From: Harriotta raleighana
Lineage: Eukaryota
DNA length: 64,000 nucleotides
Reading direction: 5' to 3'
Assembly: GCA_050575255.1 (NCBI GenBank)
Contig: JBNZDD010013634.1
Span: forward strand, 2,725,046-2,789,045
Shown here: positions 52,144 through 64,000 of the stretch, in pieces
Layout of the letters: each line of letters begins with the position of its first letter
Numbering within the stretch: position 1 is the first letter of the stretch
Notes under the pieces: generated by a model
What the model was told of the DNA's origin: nothing
Databases searched by the model: none
Seen by the model: the letters and a program-made list of their open reading frames with translations, nothing else
Position numbers and translations under genes: made by a program

Positions 52144-52194
52144 CTCCCTCTCTCTCTCTCTCTGTGTGTGTGGTGTGTGTGTGTTGGTGTGTGT
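52144..52194. repeat. Compound (CT)n(GT)n microsatellite
   Basis: Direct read; related (TC/TG) tracts at 52409-52452 and 3162-3222. Confidence 0.9.
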
Positions 52195-52749
52195 TTAACA
52201 CGGAAATCTGTCTGGAAACGGCAGCGGAACTGATGTAACCAAAGTGGGAAGAGCAAGCAGAGATCACTGACTAGCTGCCACTTTGTGGACGATTTTTCAT
52301 AAAGTCCCAACCCAATAAATAGCGCACGGTGTGGAGGGCACTCACCTGCTATTCCAGATGAGATGCCTGACGCTTGCAGATGTGAAATAAATCCAATGCT
52401 AAATGCAGCCTGTGTCTCTCTCTGTCTGTCTCTATCTGACTGTGTCTGTGTCTGCCTTCCTTCCTTCAGTCACAGGCAACACAGGCTTGTCAGCTTTCCC
52501 TGGTTCTTCCAATCAAGGCACAGCACTGCACTGGAATCAGCATTCAAGGCTTGGTCTCAAGTCTGGAGATGTGTTTCAGTGTCTGGAGAAACCTGCCAAA
52601 AAGCTTTTCGCTTGCTCCCGCCCGGGAGACGGGGGACCAAAACCAAAACGTGAAACAATGAGCCCAATCATTTTTTTTCCAAAAAAAACATTTTTATTTG
52701 TTTTTAATAAAAGGAAAAGCTGATCACCCACAAATGCTTTCCGAGGACT

Positions 52750-53065
52750 GTAATAATCCTTGCATTTGGTACAGCGTCTCAATACGGGAACTACTGTGGA
52801 ATGAGTGACTGTCTTATCTTGTGGGCAAATGCGGCAGCACAATCGCGCACAGCAAACGTCCCACAAAATAGACGTGGAGCGAGTGACCCATTGTTTTCGA
52901 GGGGATTGACGGCCAGGACACAGGAACAAACTCCCTTTTCTTTTGAAATATTGACAAGGCATCTTTAACGTCCACCTGAACAGGCAGATGGGATCTTGGT
53001 TTAATATCTCATCTGAAGGACGGCATCTCCAAGAATGCAACACACTCCCAACATTGGAGTGTCAG
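52750..53065 (-). mobile_element. Older DeuSINE fragment
   Basis: ggcatctttaacgtccacctgaacaggcagatggg..cttggtttaatatctcatctgaaggacggcatctcc. Confidence 0.7.
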
Positions 53066-53194
53066 TAATGTCAAATTCCACCATAGCCTCATTTTAGAAT
53101 ATTATTACCTACAACTTGAAACATAATGTAGTCAGTACTGAAGTTTGATTACTGCGAGATTTTTGAAGGGGATTTTACAATGAAAAATATGCAT

Positions 53195-53345
53195 AGCAGT
53201 TGTGGATTGAAATGAACTTTTTTTTGAAGGATTATTATTAGGCGTGTGGAGTAAAGAAATTTGCCCAAGGTTTCACTCTGCCGGGAATTGAATCCAGCCC
53301 TCTCACTTGTAAGGCGAGTGCTCTAACCACTGAGCTATCGGACTC
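53195..53345 (-). mobile_element. SINE 5' half
   Basis: Head and body of the same family. Confidence 0.8.
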
Positions 53346-55989
53346 TACAGACTATCTGACCCAGGAAGTAACACCTGGTATTACTGTGGTATCAATTAAT
53401 TGTGCTTTTGAATACTTTTTTTCCCCTAATGATAACATTAATCCTTACATTTGATGTAGCTTGATCTATAAAATAAAATCACTGATAACTTGCACACCAT
53501 CTCCCACAAATAGGAGTCAGGTGAATGAGAAATGTATCTGAAGGATTGTTTGCAACGGTTTCGGGAGTAAATCCCTCTTTCCAAACAATGCAAAGGGATC
53601 AACTAATATCACCAATAAGGGCGTGACAGTAAACTCAAGTCCCACTGCGTGAGGCTGACAAACCTACAAACTTTTGACTCAAAGGCAAGAGAACAAACAG
53701 CTGACACACAAGTAACCGTTCAATCAATCTTTCCATTCAATATGGCCAATACCATCATAGTGGCCTTGGGAACAAGGTCAGTGCAAATGTGTGTCTGATG
53801 TTAATTTGGCAAATCACAGAATAAGTCTGATTGTTGTATCGTTTTTTATGTCAACAAAATACAGCAGTCACAGAAACAGGAGCAGGCTATGCAGGCCAGT
53901 GAGTCAGTGACAATTCTTTAATAACATTTTCTCACCTCTTCTCCATGTTCTTTTATTTCCTTACTTACCAAGTGTCCCCCCACCACCCCGATCTTTTGAT
54001 CATCTCCACTAACTCTCAGGCAGCTCATTCTCTTGAGCGTTTGTCTCCACAGGTGCTTACATTTGGGATGGTTAACGCTCTGAGACGCCATCCGGCGTGG
54101 AGGGCGCTATATAAATCGAAGTTATTGTTGTTGTTATGGCTGTAAAATGTTGGAAGGAGTAAATAATTTACTTCCAGAGAGAACCCTGACTGCTATAAAG
54201 TGGACTCTCAGTGATGTTTTCTGAAACTGTCAACCATAAAAGAAAAAGGCTTTTAAATGTCAACTGCAATGCAAAACTATTTCTTCGCAACATTCAGTCT
54301 AATGCACTAGAATAAAAGTGTACGGAAATGAACACCATTTGGACAGTGATTTATGCATGTGTTAGCTCTTGTGCAAATAGCCCGGACCAAAATATTTCCA
54401 ATGTATAAGTATGTATGGCACTATTGTTATATGAATGATCTAGTGTTTGAGAAGTGGGCAAGGGTGTTATTTGTCTGCCGAATTTCTTCAGAATCAGCCA
54501 TCTTTATGTACTGCAGAGCATCACATCTGATAACAAATCTGAAGGAAAGCAAAGATTTTATTTATTTAATAGGGACCTATTGTTTAACACAGTGTTGTCT
54601 TCCTCTATTTTTGGTAATGACTAAACAGGACTCCATAGGATATCTGGGCTTTTTTGCTGTTAATATCTGTGTGTATTTATTTGCTGTAAACTGAAAGATG
54701 TTCGGATGTGATTTTAAAATCTGCAAATTTAACTGAGGGGCAAAAAAGTATTTTATAAATTTTGTGTAAAATCCTTGCTTAGATTACATTGTTGAACTTC
54801 CTCACTGCTATTTATAACAAAAACAGCTTTTTTTGAAATCAAACAATATTTCTGAAATATTTCTGTTAAACAACAATAATAAACAGGGCTTTATGGCAAT
54901 ATCCCCAACATTGTTACAGAATGTTTCTCCCGGTGTCTCATTTGGTAAAGACACAACTTAAAATAACACTGTACCAGCAGACCCGCATTCACATATTCCC
55001 AGTTGAATCAGCTAATTTCCAGCAAAGAACAGGATTTTTCGATCAGCCGGGTGTCCAACAAATGCGGAAACACCTTTGCCATGCTTAAGAGTATCCAAAC
55101 TAAACTGAGAATTCTGTGCATCCCACCTAACGCATGGAAATTTCAGAGATAGATTGTTGGAATTGAATGCACACTCTCTCCCTGGAGGGACGCATCCTGC
55201 TTAACTGATTCCCCCAAATTATTTGGGGTGCAGAGCAGCATTTGAGGTGTTACAATTGGTTTTCAAAGTCTCTAAATCAGAGAGGGAAAATTACCAAGGT
55301 TTTAATCACTCCTCATCGCTCTCCATTCAGCTCTGTTGAAAGTTTGTGTGCAATTTTGGTGGGCACGCATTTAAATAGATTACTGATTATGATCAAATCG
55401 AACATGTGAAAGAATGGCCAGATCAGAACATTCACTTGGAACTTTTAACCCAGCAAAAGTCAGTCAGTACTTTCAGGAGAGGTAGACAGATGATTAGAGA
55501 ATGGAATGCTCAAAAAATATTGTTTTAATGACCCAATTTAAATGACCAGGGGAAACAGATTAAGCTTTTTAATGCAAGACACTCTGCACATGCCAACAAT
55601 GTCCACTGGAGAGCGTAAGAGCTGCAGACATGACCGCCATCAATGTATTCTCAATTTTGAAACTAAAATGAAAGCCATGTTAAGAAATGCTGCTGCAATT
55701 GTGTGCATAAAACACATGTAACACCATTCTGAGTGTGTCAGCATACAGTAATGTGCATGTTAATAACAATATAGAAATGAGTCCTGTATCAGGATACAAT
55801 TCATAAATGTACAATTTCATTTTCTTACAATTCTTTGCAGGAAGACTGAGCAAAATGGTTCGAGTGAACAAAGTGAAATTGTTTCGGCCAGTTTTCTTCT
55901 TCCTCTTGACATTGAAAGGCCTCAACAACAAAATTATTTTTCAAAGGACTCAATGTTTTTACAGTCAGTGACGAGAAGGTCACACAGAA

Positions 55990-56240
55990 CAATAATAATA
56001 ATAATAATCCTTGCATTTTATATAGCGCTTTTCGCATCTTCTTGACTTCTCAAAACGCTTCACAGAATATATTATAAACAACAACAAAATTACGCTTGTA
56101 TAGTGCCTTTCACATCAGGAGGACATCCCATAAAGTGAATTGACTGTATATTTGTGGGTGAAATGCGGCAGATAATTGAGCACAGCGGTGTCCCACAAAC
56201 AGTCGTGGATTGAAGTGACCAATTTTATTACCTTTTTTCT
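55990..56240 (-). mobile_element. SINE interrupted by a nested L2 tail
   Basis: Family consensus resumes after an insertion at ~56077-56130. Confidence 0.85.
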
Positions 56241-56242
56241 TC

Positions 56243-56730
56243 AACAACAACAGAAGCAAACAAAATTACATGTGTATAAAACCTTTCGTCCCAAAATGGC
56301 AGACAATCAGTGTTTCAGACCCAGGCTGGGGGTCGGGATCAGGGATCAGGGAACGTGGAGGGTTGGCATTGGGGGATGAGGAAGGGACTGTGAGATGGAG
56401 TTTCAGAGGATGGGGGCAGAGTGGCTGAAGGCCTGCCCGACAATAATGGGCTGAGTGACAGGGGACGTGAAGAAGGCCAGAGCCCACTGAGTGGAGGTCA
56501 CAGAGGTAGAAGGGCAAGACCAGGGAAGGCATTGAAGGTGAGGATCAGGATCTTGAACTGTATCCTCTTGTCTGATGGGAAGCTAGTTGATTACGGTTTG
56601 GGGTGATAGGATCACAGAGCTCGGTGTGGGAGAGGTCACTGGCTGCAGAGTTCTGGGTGATCTGCAGCCTACAGAAGGAGGAGTTAGGGTGGCAGTCAAG
56701 CAGGGAGTTTGCATAGTGAAACCTGGATAT
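56243..56730 (-). mobile_element. Degraded L2 LINE 3' fragment
   Basis: Reverse-complement similarity to 47.0-47.6 kb (aaggtgaggatcaggatcttgaac; tail caacaacaac). Confidence 0.75.
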
Positions 56731-58248
56731 TATGAATATGTTAAAGTCTCAGCTCTTATCCTTCCCCACCCCCGAGATTTATTTCTTATTTACTTCCCCC
56801 TATTTGTCAGTTGTGTTAGGCCAGGCAATGAGCGAGGGCAAGTCCTTTAACTCTAGAGGTTTTGGGAAGGGCAGCATAAATTAAATAGCTTGATGCTGTG
56901 CTCACCTGGTCCTCACATCACATTTTTTCAATTAGGCTCATTGGATAAGAATCTAAAACAGGAATCTTGGCAGGATATGATCATCCCTCTCACCCCACCT
57001 TTAATCCGGGAGGGGTAGGGCCAAGTGACAAAGACTCCTGGACAAAAATAGAAGAAAGTGCAGTTGTTGACTTACCCAAGCTCAGACTTTCAAAGCAGAA
57101 AGAAACCAGCACATCCTGCTCACCACTGACAACTATTGTTTGTTGCTTGTCAGGCCACTGAGACTGATGCACCAAAGCCAGAAAATGTATGCACAAAGCT
57201 CATTCTCTTATCTGCATTAACAGTGTCGAAAGACATAGTGGAGAAGGCAACAGCAACAAAATAAAATTACAGTTGGTACAGCATCTTTCACGTCAGGAGG
57301 ACGGCAGAAAGTAATAAAGAAGAATGGATGAAGGGCTAAAATGGAACTAGGGATTGAGACGAGGAGAGTACTGTAAATAGAATACCTGCGATTGCACCTT
57401 AAAGAGGAGAAGGAAAAAGATTGAATCAGTGTGAAATTTAACATGCAAATCTTGTCAGTAGCTGTTAGTCACACAATGAAGGGCACCTACATTTATCCTG
57501 TACCTGAATACTTACACAAGCATTTTAAACCAACATTTGTGCAAGCATTTACACCTGACAAATAATAGAGCCAGTTTGTGCATATCTATAATTATATATA
57601 CAGTATATGCTCTTAAAATGCACACAAGATTCAATTTCTCTTCCTTTTTTGGGGGTAAGCTGTTGTTCTTTTGCAATACACCCGTACATTATTCCCTGAC
57701 TGAGAAGCCTGGCATATGATCCACTCTGCTTCTGTTAGCAGCTTCCCCCCTTCTGTTGCCTGGCCACCTGGGAGAAGCTGTGGGATACAGGACTCGTTGT
57801 GGGTTGACTGTGATTTCACCTTTCCCTGCCACCTCTCTATTTCTGCTCAGCTTCCCTGGACAGTCAACACGAACACACTGGGGACTTGTGGAGAGATACA
57901 GGCTTGATAGGGAATGATGTTTTCAGGAGGCACAACATAGTAAAGACTCTTGAAGATATACAACATGGTTCCATGCCAGTAATGTTAATAGCACTACGGA
58001 CTGTAATTATATTCCACAATTACACCGATCTGCAGTCAGTTGCACAATTACCAATTCGAGGACTAATTACAACATACTGATTGAGTCACAGTGACTCTCT
58101 ACTTGTGTTTCACAATGTGCACAGCACTACCCAGCTATTCTAAACGTAAGCTCTCAAATAGCAAGTTCTACATTTGCCACACAAAGCATATCTACTATTC
58201 AGATTTACTGGACATTCCACCCTTAAAATGATTGAACAAGACCACATT

Positions 58249-58566
58249 TAATAATAATAATAATCTTTGCATTTGATATAGCGCTTTTCACATCTTATCG
58301 ACGTCTCAAAGCGCTTCACAGAATATACTGTAAAGTGAATTGACTGTATATTTTTGAGTGAAATGCGGCAGCCAATTGCACACAGCAGTGTCCCACAAAC
58401 AGTCGTGCATTGAAATGACCAGTTTTTATTATGATGTGTTTTTGGACGGATTATGATTAGGTGTGTGGAGTAAGGAAACTTGCCCAAATTTGCGCCCTGA
58501 TTTGCCTGGGATCGAACACAGGTCTCACACTTGTAAGGCTCTAACCACTGAACTACAGGAGCTCCA
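58249..58566 (-). mobile_element. Full-length tRNA-derived SINE
   Basis: Same family, (AAT)n tail through head. Confidence 0.9.
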
Positions 58567-61500
58567 CAACTATCAAATTGGCAGCACCTCTGGAAGAACC
58601 TCTCAAGCCACTTAGTTATCTTAGTTATCTGAATGTAGGCTGATATACCAAGCATTCAAATGGAAGTCCAGATTTTTAAATAGTCTCTGAGCACCCAAGT
58701 ATTTTCCGGTATATACCTGTTACGATTGTTGCTTAGTGATCAGAACAATTCCTTTGATGGAAAACAGACTGGGTTTCAACTTAAGGTGTTTCTTTTCTTC
58801 AGTTGGTCTATTGCTGGAACAAGACAACAACACAGATATCTGCAGCCTCTCAAGATTAAACTCTGAGGGTTAAAAGTGCATCAGGATAAGTAATAACTTT
58901 GGCTGTATCTGAAGATACTGTACTGTGTTGAATTGCTGGTACTGTATAGTATTATTTTGGGGGACAGAGCAAGATGGAATGAGGTTCAAGTGATTGTTGC
59001 AAGCACATCTTCTTTCAAAAGAGGATCAAGCATACCTTTCCTGGGTCCCACATTAAATCAATATCTACCCCATCCATTGCAGCATAGCACCAGAGAGACA
59101 TACATCACTTTTGTACTGTATGTAAGAAAATTCATCTGAGTTGCAAAATGCAATGCAAGCACATTTTGTGTTGTGATCTCAGTCAAAACAAACCGTGGTC
59201 TGTGCTGAACCGCACCGAACAGCAATCAATTAGAAAGTGACAGAAGTGACAGAATGTGACAGAAATGAAATATCAAAATGGAAAGCAGCTGTAACCCGCA
59301 CACTGCACGGATGCCTCCTTTCCTCGCAAAAAAAGGAAATGTATGTTCCAATAATTTCTGAAGAATTTCTGAATTGAGTTATAATTCAATATCTCTGACC
59401 TGTGAAACATGTAAAATGGGACGTGCATCTTTTATAGAAGCCCAAAGAGTTGTCTATTGCTCATTATACTTGCCCATTTTTTTTATCTTCAGCATCACTT
59501 AAACTGCTGGTAATTAAAAAGTCTGTCAAATCTTTGAAAAAAAGGAATCCCCAATGTGAGTTGAGTCCTGTCAGAGAAGTGTGAAATTTAATAAGAACTG
59601 ACGTGCATTGAAAATAGACATGTGAAAGATACCTTTGGGGGATTCTTTTGTTTCCTTGCTCTATTCTTATGGCCATTAACTCAGTAATTTTCAGTTTCTT
59701 CTTTGCCTGCTGTACCCAAAGGCCCTGGAGGTGTAATTCTTCTGCTGGGTTTGAGACCAAGATAAAAAGATCTGAAAGTGCTATTGGCTCCTAACTGCTC
59801 TCATGGGTATCCAATTTCAGGTTCACTTGTTCAGATGCAACTTTAAAGCCAGTTGAACGTGCTGGTGTCCAAATGGAGAACCCGGGAGGTGCAGGGCTAC
59901 AAACAGCAAGAGGAGAGATGTAGAAAGAGAAGATGGGGAGAAGCACAGAAAATGAAGAGCAGAAAGAACAAAAGTTGTGAGGGGGAAATTATCAAGGTGA
60001 AAGTGGGCAATTAAGAAGAGGTCTTGCCTCTAGATATATAGACGCCCCCAAATATACAGTCAATTCACTTTATTCTGTGAAGCGCTTTGAGACGTCAATA
60101 AGATGAAAAGCGCTATATTAAATGCAAGGATTATTATTATAAACGTGAATATGTCTGAAACCGAGAGAGAAAAGAACTAAAACACAGAGGCCTAGACTAC
60201 GATTCAGAGCAGTTAGAGAACTAGAGAGAAACAAAAGTCAGTATTGGGGACGTGTTTAAACAATGTTTCTTGTTGCCATGTGGTGGCACTGAACCTTGTG
60301 TTCAGAATGAGAAGATGGAGAGACTGAGGTTTATCCTAGCTCTGCTCACTCACTTCCTGATCCGAGCTGTGCTGAGTGGGAACATATTGAATTGCAATGT
60401 CACCATAATAGAGTGAGAGAAAAGCAGAGCGGAGAATTCTGGTTAGGAAGTCTCTATTGCCTCCTGGCAGCTCGTTACAACGCATAGGTAGTGTTTTTTC
60501 AGTGAATCAGCCAGGTGTCAGACAGATGCCGAAACTCATCACTTTGCTTAATAGTATCCAAACCAAACAGAATTTTATGCATTCCACCTATACAAGGCAA
60601 TTTCAGAACTCCAGAGTATTGGAATGGAGTGAGCACTCTCTCCCTCGGAGGGTTGCTTCCTGCTTATCTAATTCCGGAAAATATTAGACGAAGGTTGGTG
60701 AGAGCCAAGTCCACAGCTCAGACACATACACCTTCTCATTGAGTGATGATTCCACAAACTGGAGCTTAAGCAGAAGCTTTGTAGCTGCTTACCTGCAAGC
60801 CATTGAAGTGCTGAATGTACAAACGCGTTTTCATGAACTCATACCCCAAGTAACGCCTTCCAGCAGCTGTCATCCCAAGCATGAGAGATTCCTCATCAGC
60901 TTTCTGGCAGACAACTGGCTTCAACATGGTGGGAGGCTCTGGTAGTGGTATGTCCTTATTAGCAACAGATGTACTGAGGCCAGGAGGGAAGGGATATTGT
61001 ATAAAAGAATAAGTCTGTAAGTCTGTACTTCATTATTTAGTCAAATATCAAGTGAAATTACTTTCATATTTACTTTCATATCATATTGTTTTCATATTTT
61101 GTTGTTTCAATTTAATGTTTAGGGGTGCATAAGAAAATGAAATCTGATTTGCTGGGAACACATACAATGTATGTTAGATGTCTTACCTATATGCTACAAT
61201 AATGATAATCCTTGTACTGTAGTTGCTACATCATCACGGCATCTGTAAGCTCTGCAGAGGATTTGACTGTGATGTGTAGTTTGCAAACAAAAAATGACAG
61301 CCGATATGAACAAACAATGGTAAGATAAATGACCAGTTTTATTTTGGAGGGAATACAATTCAATATATGGTGTTGAATGCTGAGAGGATCAAAACAACAA
61401 CAACAAAATTATATTTGTATAGAGCCTTTCACATCAGGAGGACGTCCCAAGGTGCTGGACAGTCATTGTTTCAGACCCAAGCTGGGGACAGGGATGGCGG

Positions 61501-63294
61501 GGGGGGAGGGAAGGAAAACAGTGTTCCAATGGATGCTGGAAGAGTAAGGATCCAGGAAAACAATCATGGAGAATATAATGGGATAATGTCATAAGCTGTT
61601 GATATGAGGATCTTTCCCTTTACCATGCTTCCGCTAAAACCAAATTCCTACAGTAGTAAAGCATCTAGCGACTTGTGCAAAGGCTCCTATGGTAACTGAA
61701 GAGAATCATTTGCGTCCTTCACCAAGAAGAAATGACCCACATTCTCAACCAATGAGAAGCCCGATGATTAACTCTACAATTCTGCGTTTCACATTGGAAT
61801 GTTTTGTGCGTGCATCTGTGTGTGTAGAGGATTCATGTGTGCTCAAGGTGGGAATGGTGATGGGGGTATAGCTGATTGTCATTTTGTTGTTGTTGTTTTG
61901 TTCTTGTTTCGTGTCATTTTCTTGCCTGAGTGTGCTGTCCAGCAAGTCTAAAAGAGTCATGTGTGCTGCCTGGGTAACTGGCACACGTGTTCATGATGAC
62001 ATTGCTGGCATCGAATATATATGTGCCTTCATGGAAACTGCAAGGCCTTGTTCAGTCAGTCAGTGAAACACAAGATGTGGAGGGTGCCAGGAACCACGGA
62101 AAGCCTTCATCATTTCTTGCTGCTGTTGTAGAAGAGAGGCTGATCTCTGCCTCAGCGAATGTTTTTGAGTAGTGCCTTCTGAATTCTAATGTTCCCATAT
62201 TGTACTTGTTGTTTTGAGAGGAGGTAAACTATCTTTTGTTTTGACGCTTGTTATGCTCTCAACAAGCCAAACACCTGAGGTTCGAAAGAGCAGCCTAGTG
62301 CCAGGCCTCTCTGCCTTTATTAATAAAGATCATTACATTTGATATAGCCCCTTATCACACTGTTGGAACATTTCAAAGCACCACGGAATATACTGTGAAG
62401 TGGATTGACTGTGTATATTGTGGGCAATACTCTTGCCTGCGAACTAAGCACTGGGGGAGGAAAATAATCCCACAACAGCAGCCAGTGGAAATCACAAGAT
62501 TAAAAGAGAGGACTGTAAGAAGAAGTCCCTTTAACCCACTTTGAACTAATCTAAAACACCAACCTATCAGCTCCCTACTACAAAATCGAATTGTTTCTGA
62601 AATGTGTCCAGTGTCCTAGAATCAAACATCTTCCCCCTGTCCATCTGGCTTGACTTGCTGCAACTGCCCAGCCATGTGAAAAGACCCTTTATCCTGGGTT
62701 ACTCCAGTTCCTTGAATCAGGCACGATGCCACAGGGAGACGGGAAATATCAGAAGCCTGCTCTTGTTCATCTAACTACAAAGACGCATCGACAGAAGTCG
62801 GGTAGTGGTAGAGTTTGAATGTTTCAATAAAAGCTCTGGGACACTACCCTGAGTGAAAGATGCTATATAAATGCAAGTTATTGTTTATTATCGGGTTATA
62901 ATATTTCAATTACCATTGATTGTGGCTTTTGATAATCATACCCGCTAACCCATTACTGACTTCTCTATGGTTGATCCTCTTGCACTGCTTCAGTTCCTGT
63001 TTATTCAACATTTCACAATGCTGCCTCTGGTCAGGGTGAGCTCAGTGTTTCCAGCTTAGATCATTCCCGAGTTAAGACCTCAAACACACAGACTGACATT
63101 TCCCAGGTGGCAATAACCGGACATATAAATTATTAACAGCCTGAAGGTAGATCCATTCATTCCACCAAACATATGGAGGAAGCTTGTTCAAAATGCATCT
63201 GATGTTCACAACTTGATCACCTCATTGGAAAATGCTTCATAGCTCCTCGTTCCTAAAAGATACCCAACAGGAAAGATTGAAACAACCAGGAGGT

Positions 63295-63670
63295 GTTGCT
63301 TTAGCTCAGTAGATGGCACTCTTGCCTCTGAGTCGGAAGGTTGTGAGTTCAGGCTCCATATAGCAGGATTTAAATTCTATGCTAATCCTCCAGTGTAGAA
63401 CTGAGTGAATGCTACATTGTTAGAAATACTATCCGTTGAATTGAATATTAAACATGAGTCACTTCTGCCTATTCATGTAGATGGTAAAGATCCCACTCCA
63501 TATATTAATATAAGACCATGGAGTCTTCCTAGTCAATAATCAATAAATTCAATAAAACTGCCAATTATCTGATTGCTGTTTGGCACTGTTGAAGCAGATC
63601 AGCTGTTCATTACAATGTTGTACTTTGACATTATTAACATAAGGTGCTCATATCAAATACAAGGATTATT
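63295..63670 (+). mobile_element. Old near full-length DeuSINE with tRNA head; second copy on - strand at ~63713-64000
   Basis: tagctcagtagatggcactcttgcctctgagtcggaaggttgtgagttcagg head; atggtaaagatccca; tail atatcaaatacaaggattatt. Confidence 0.7.
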
Positions 63671-64000
63671 ACCAATAAAAATGTCAGATCATATTCAACT
63701 TATAAGTACAGTATAATAATATTTGCATTTTATATAGTGCCATATCACGTCATCAACATGCTTTGCAGGATTTCCTGTAAAGTGTTGTGACCTTTGTGTT
63801 TTCACAGCCAATCTGCATACAGCAATGTTCCTCAAACAGACCAATGTTATGTAGAGGATGGTTGGCCTGGATACACAGAGAAACTAACTTCACTTCTCAA
63901 TATGTTCATATTTAATATCCACTTGAACAGGAAAACGGGATCTTGGTTTAACGTCTCATCTGAAGGACAGCATCTCTAATAATGCAGCACTTTCCCTAGC

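Noticed and set aside
58248-58655. Recurring ORF family (…[12 protein letters not shown]…KCKDYYY, MTVYLWVK…)
   Set aside because: Translations of SINE copies, not proteins.
59464-59760. Minus-strand ORF with exon-like splice sites (GLWVQQAKKKLK…)
   Set aside because: No recognisable homology or partner coding exon; consistent with chance.
34200-64000. Expected syntenic neighbour LRP5
   Set aside because: No signal-peptide exon or YWTD repeats recognised in the window.

Overview
Vertebrate genomic DNA, most likely a cartilaginous fish (the repeat content resembles Callorhinchus milii; this is inference). One well-supported protein gene lies on the minus strand: a C11orf24 homolog with three coding exons (27975-27816, 25135-25013, 23444-22324; 467 aa). 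It has a signal peptide, a 7-Cys MANSC/PAN-like domain, an RKKR site, a mucin stalk, a TM helix and a DYLINGMYADSDM tail, plus candidate 5'UTR exons and a GC/CCAAT promoter near 34.1 kb. The rest is intronic/intergenic and dense in tRNA-derived Deu-type SINEs, L2 and CR1 LINE remnants and a ~200-bp dispersed family I cannot name. Palindromic Penelope-type elements carry a minimal hammerhead ribozyme motif and 14-bp target-site duplications. A chain of minus-strand splice-consensus exons at 37-52 kb may be an unannotated transcript with a ~55-aa single-TM microprotein (speculative). Many near-identical tandem duplications abut single 'n' gaps and are probably assembly artifacts. Repeat coordinates were read by eye and are approximate.
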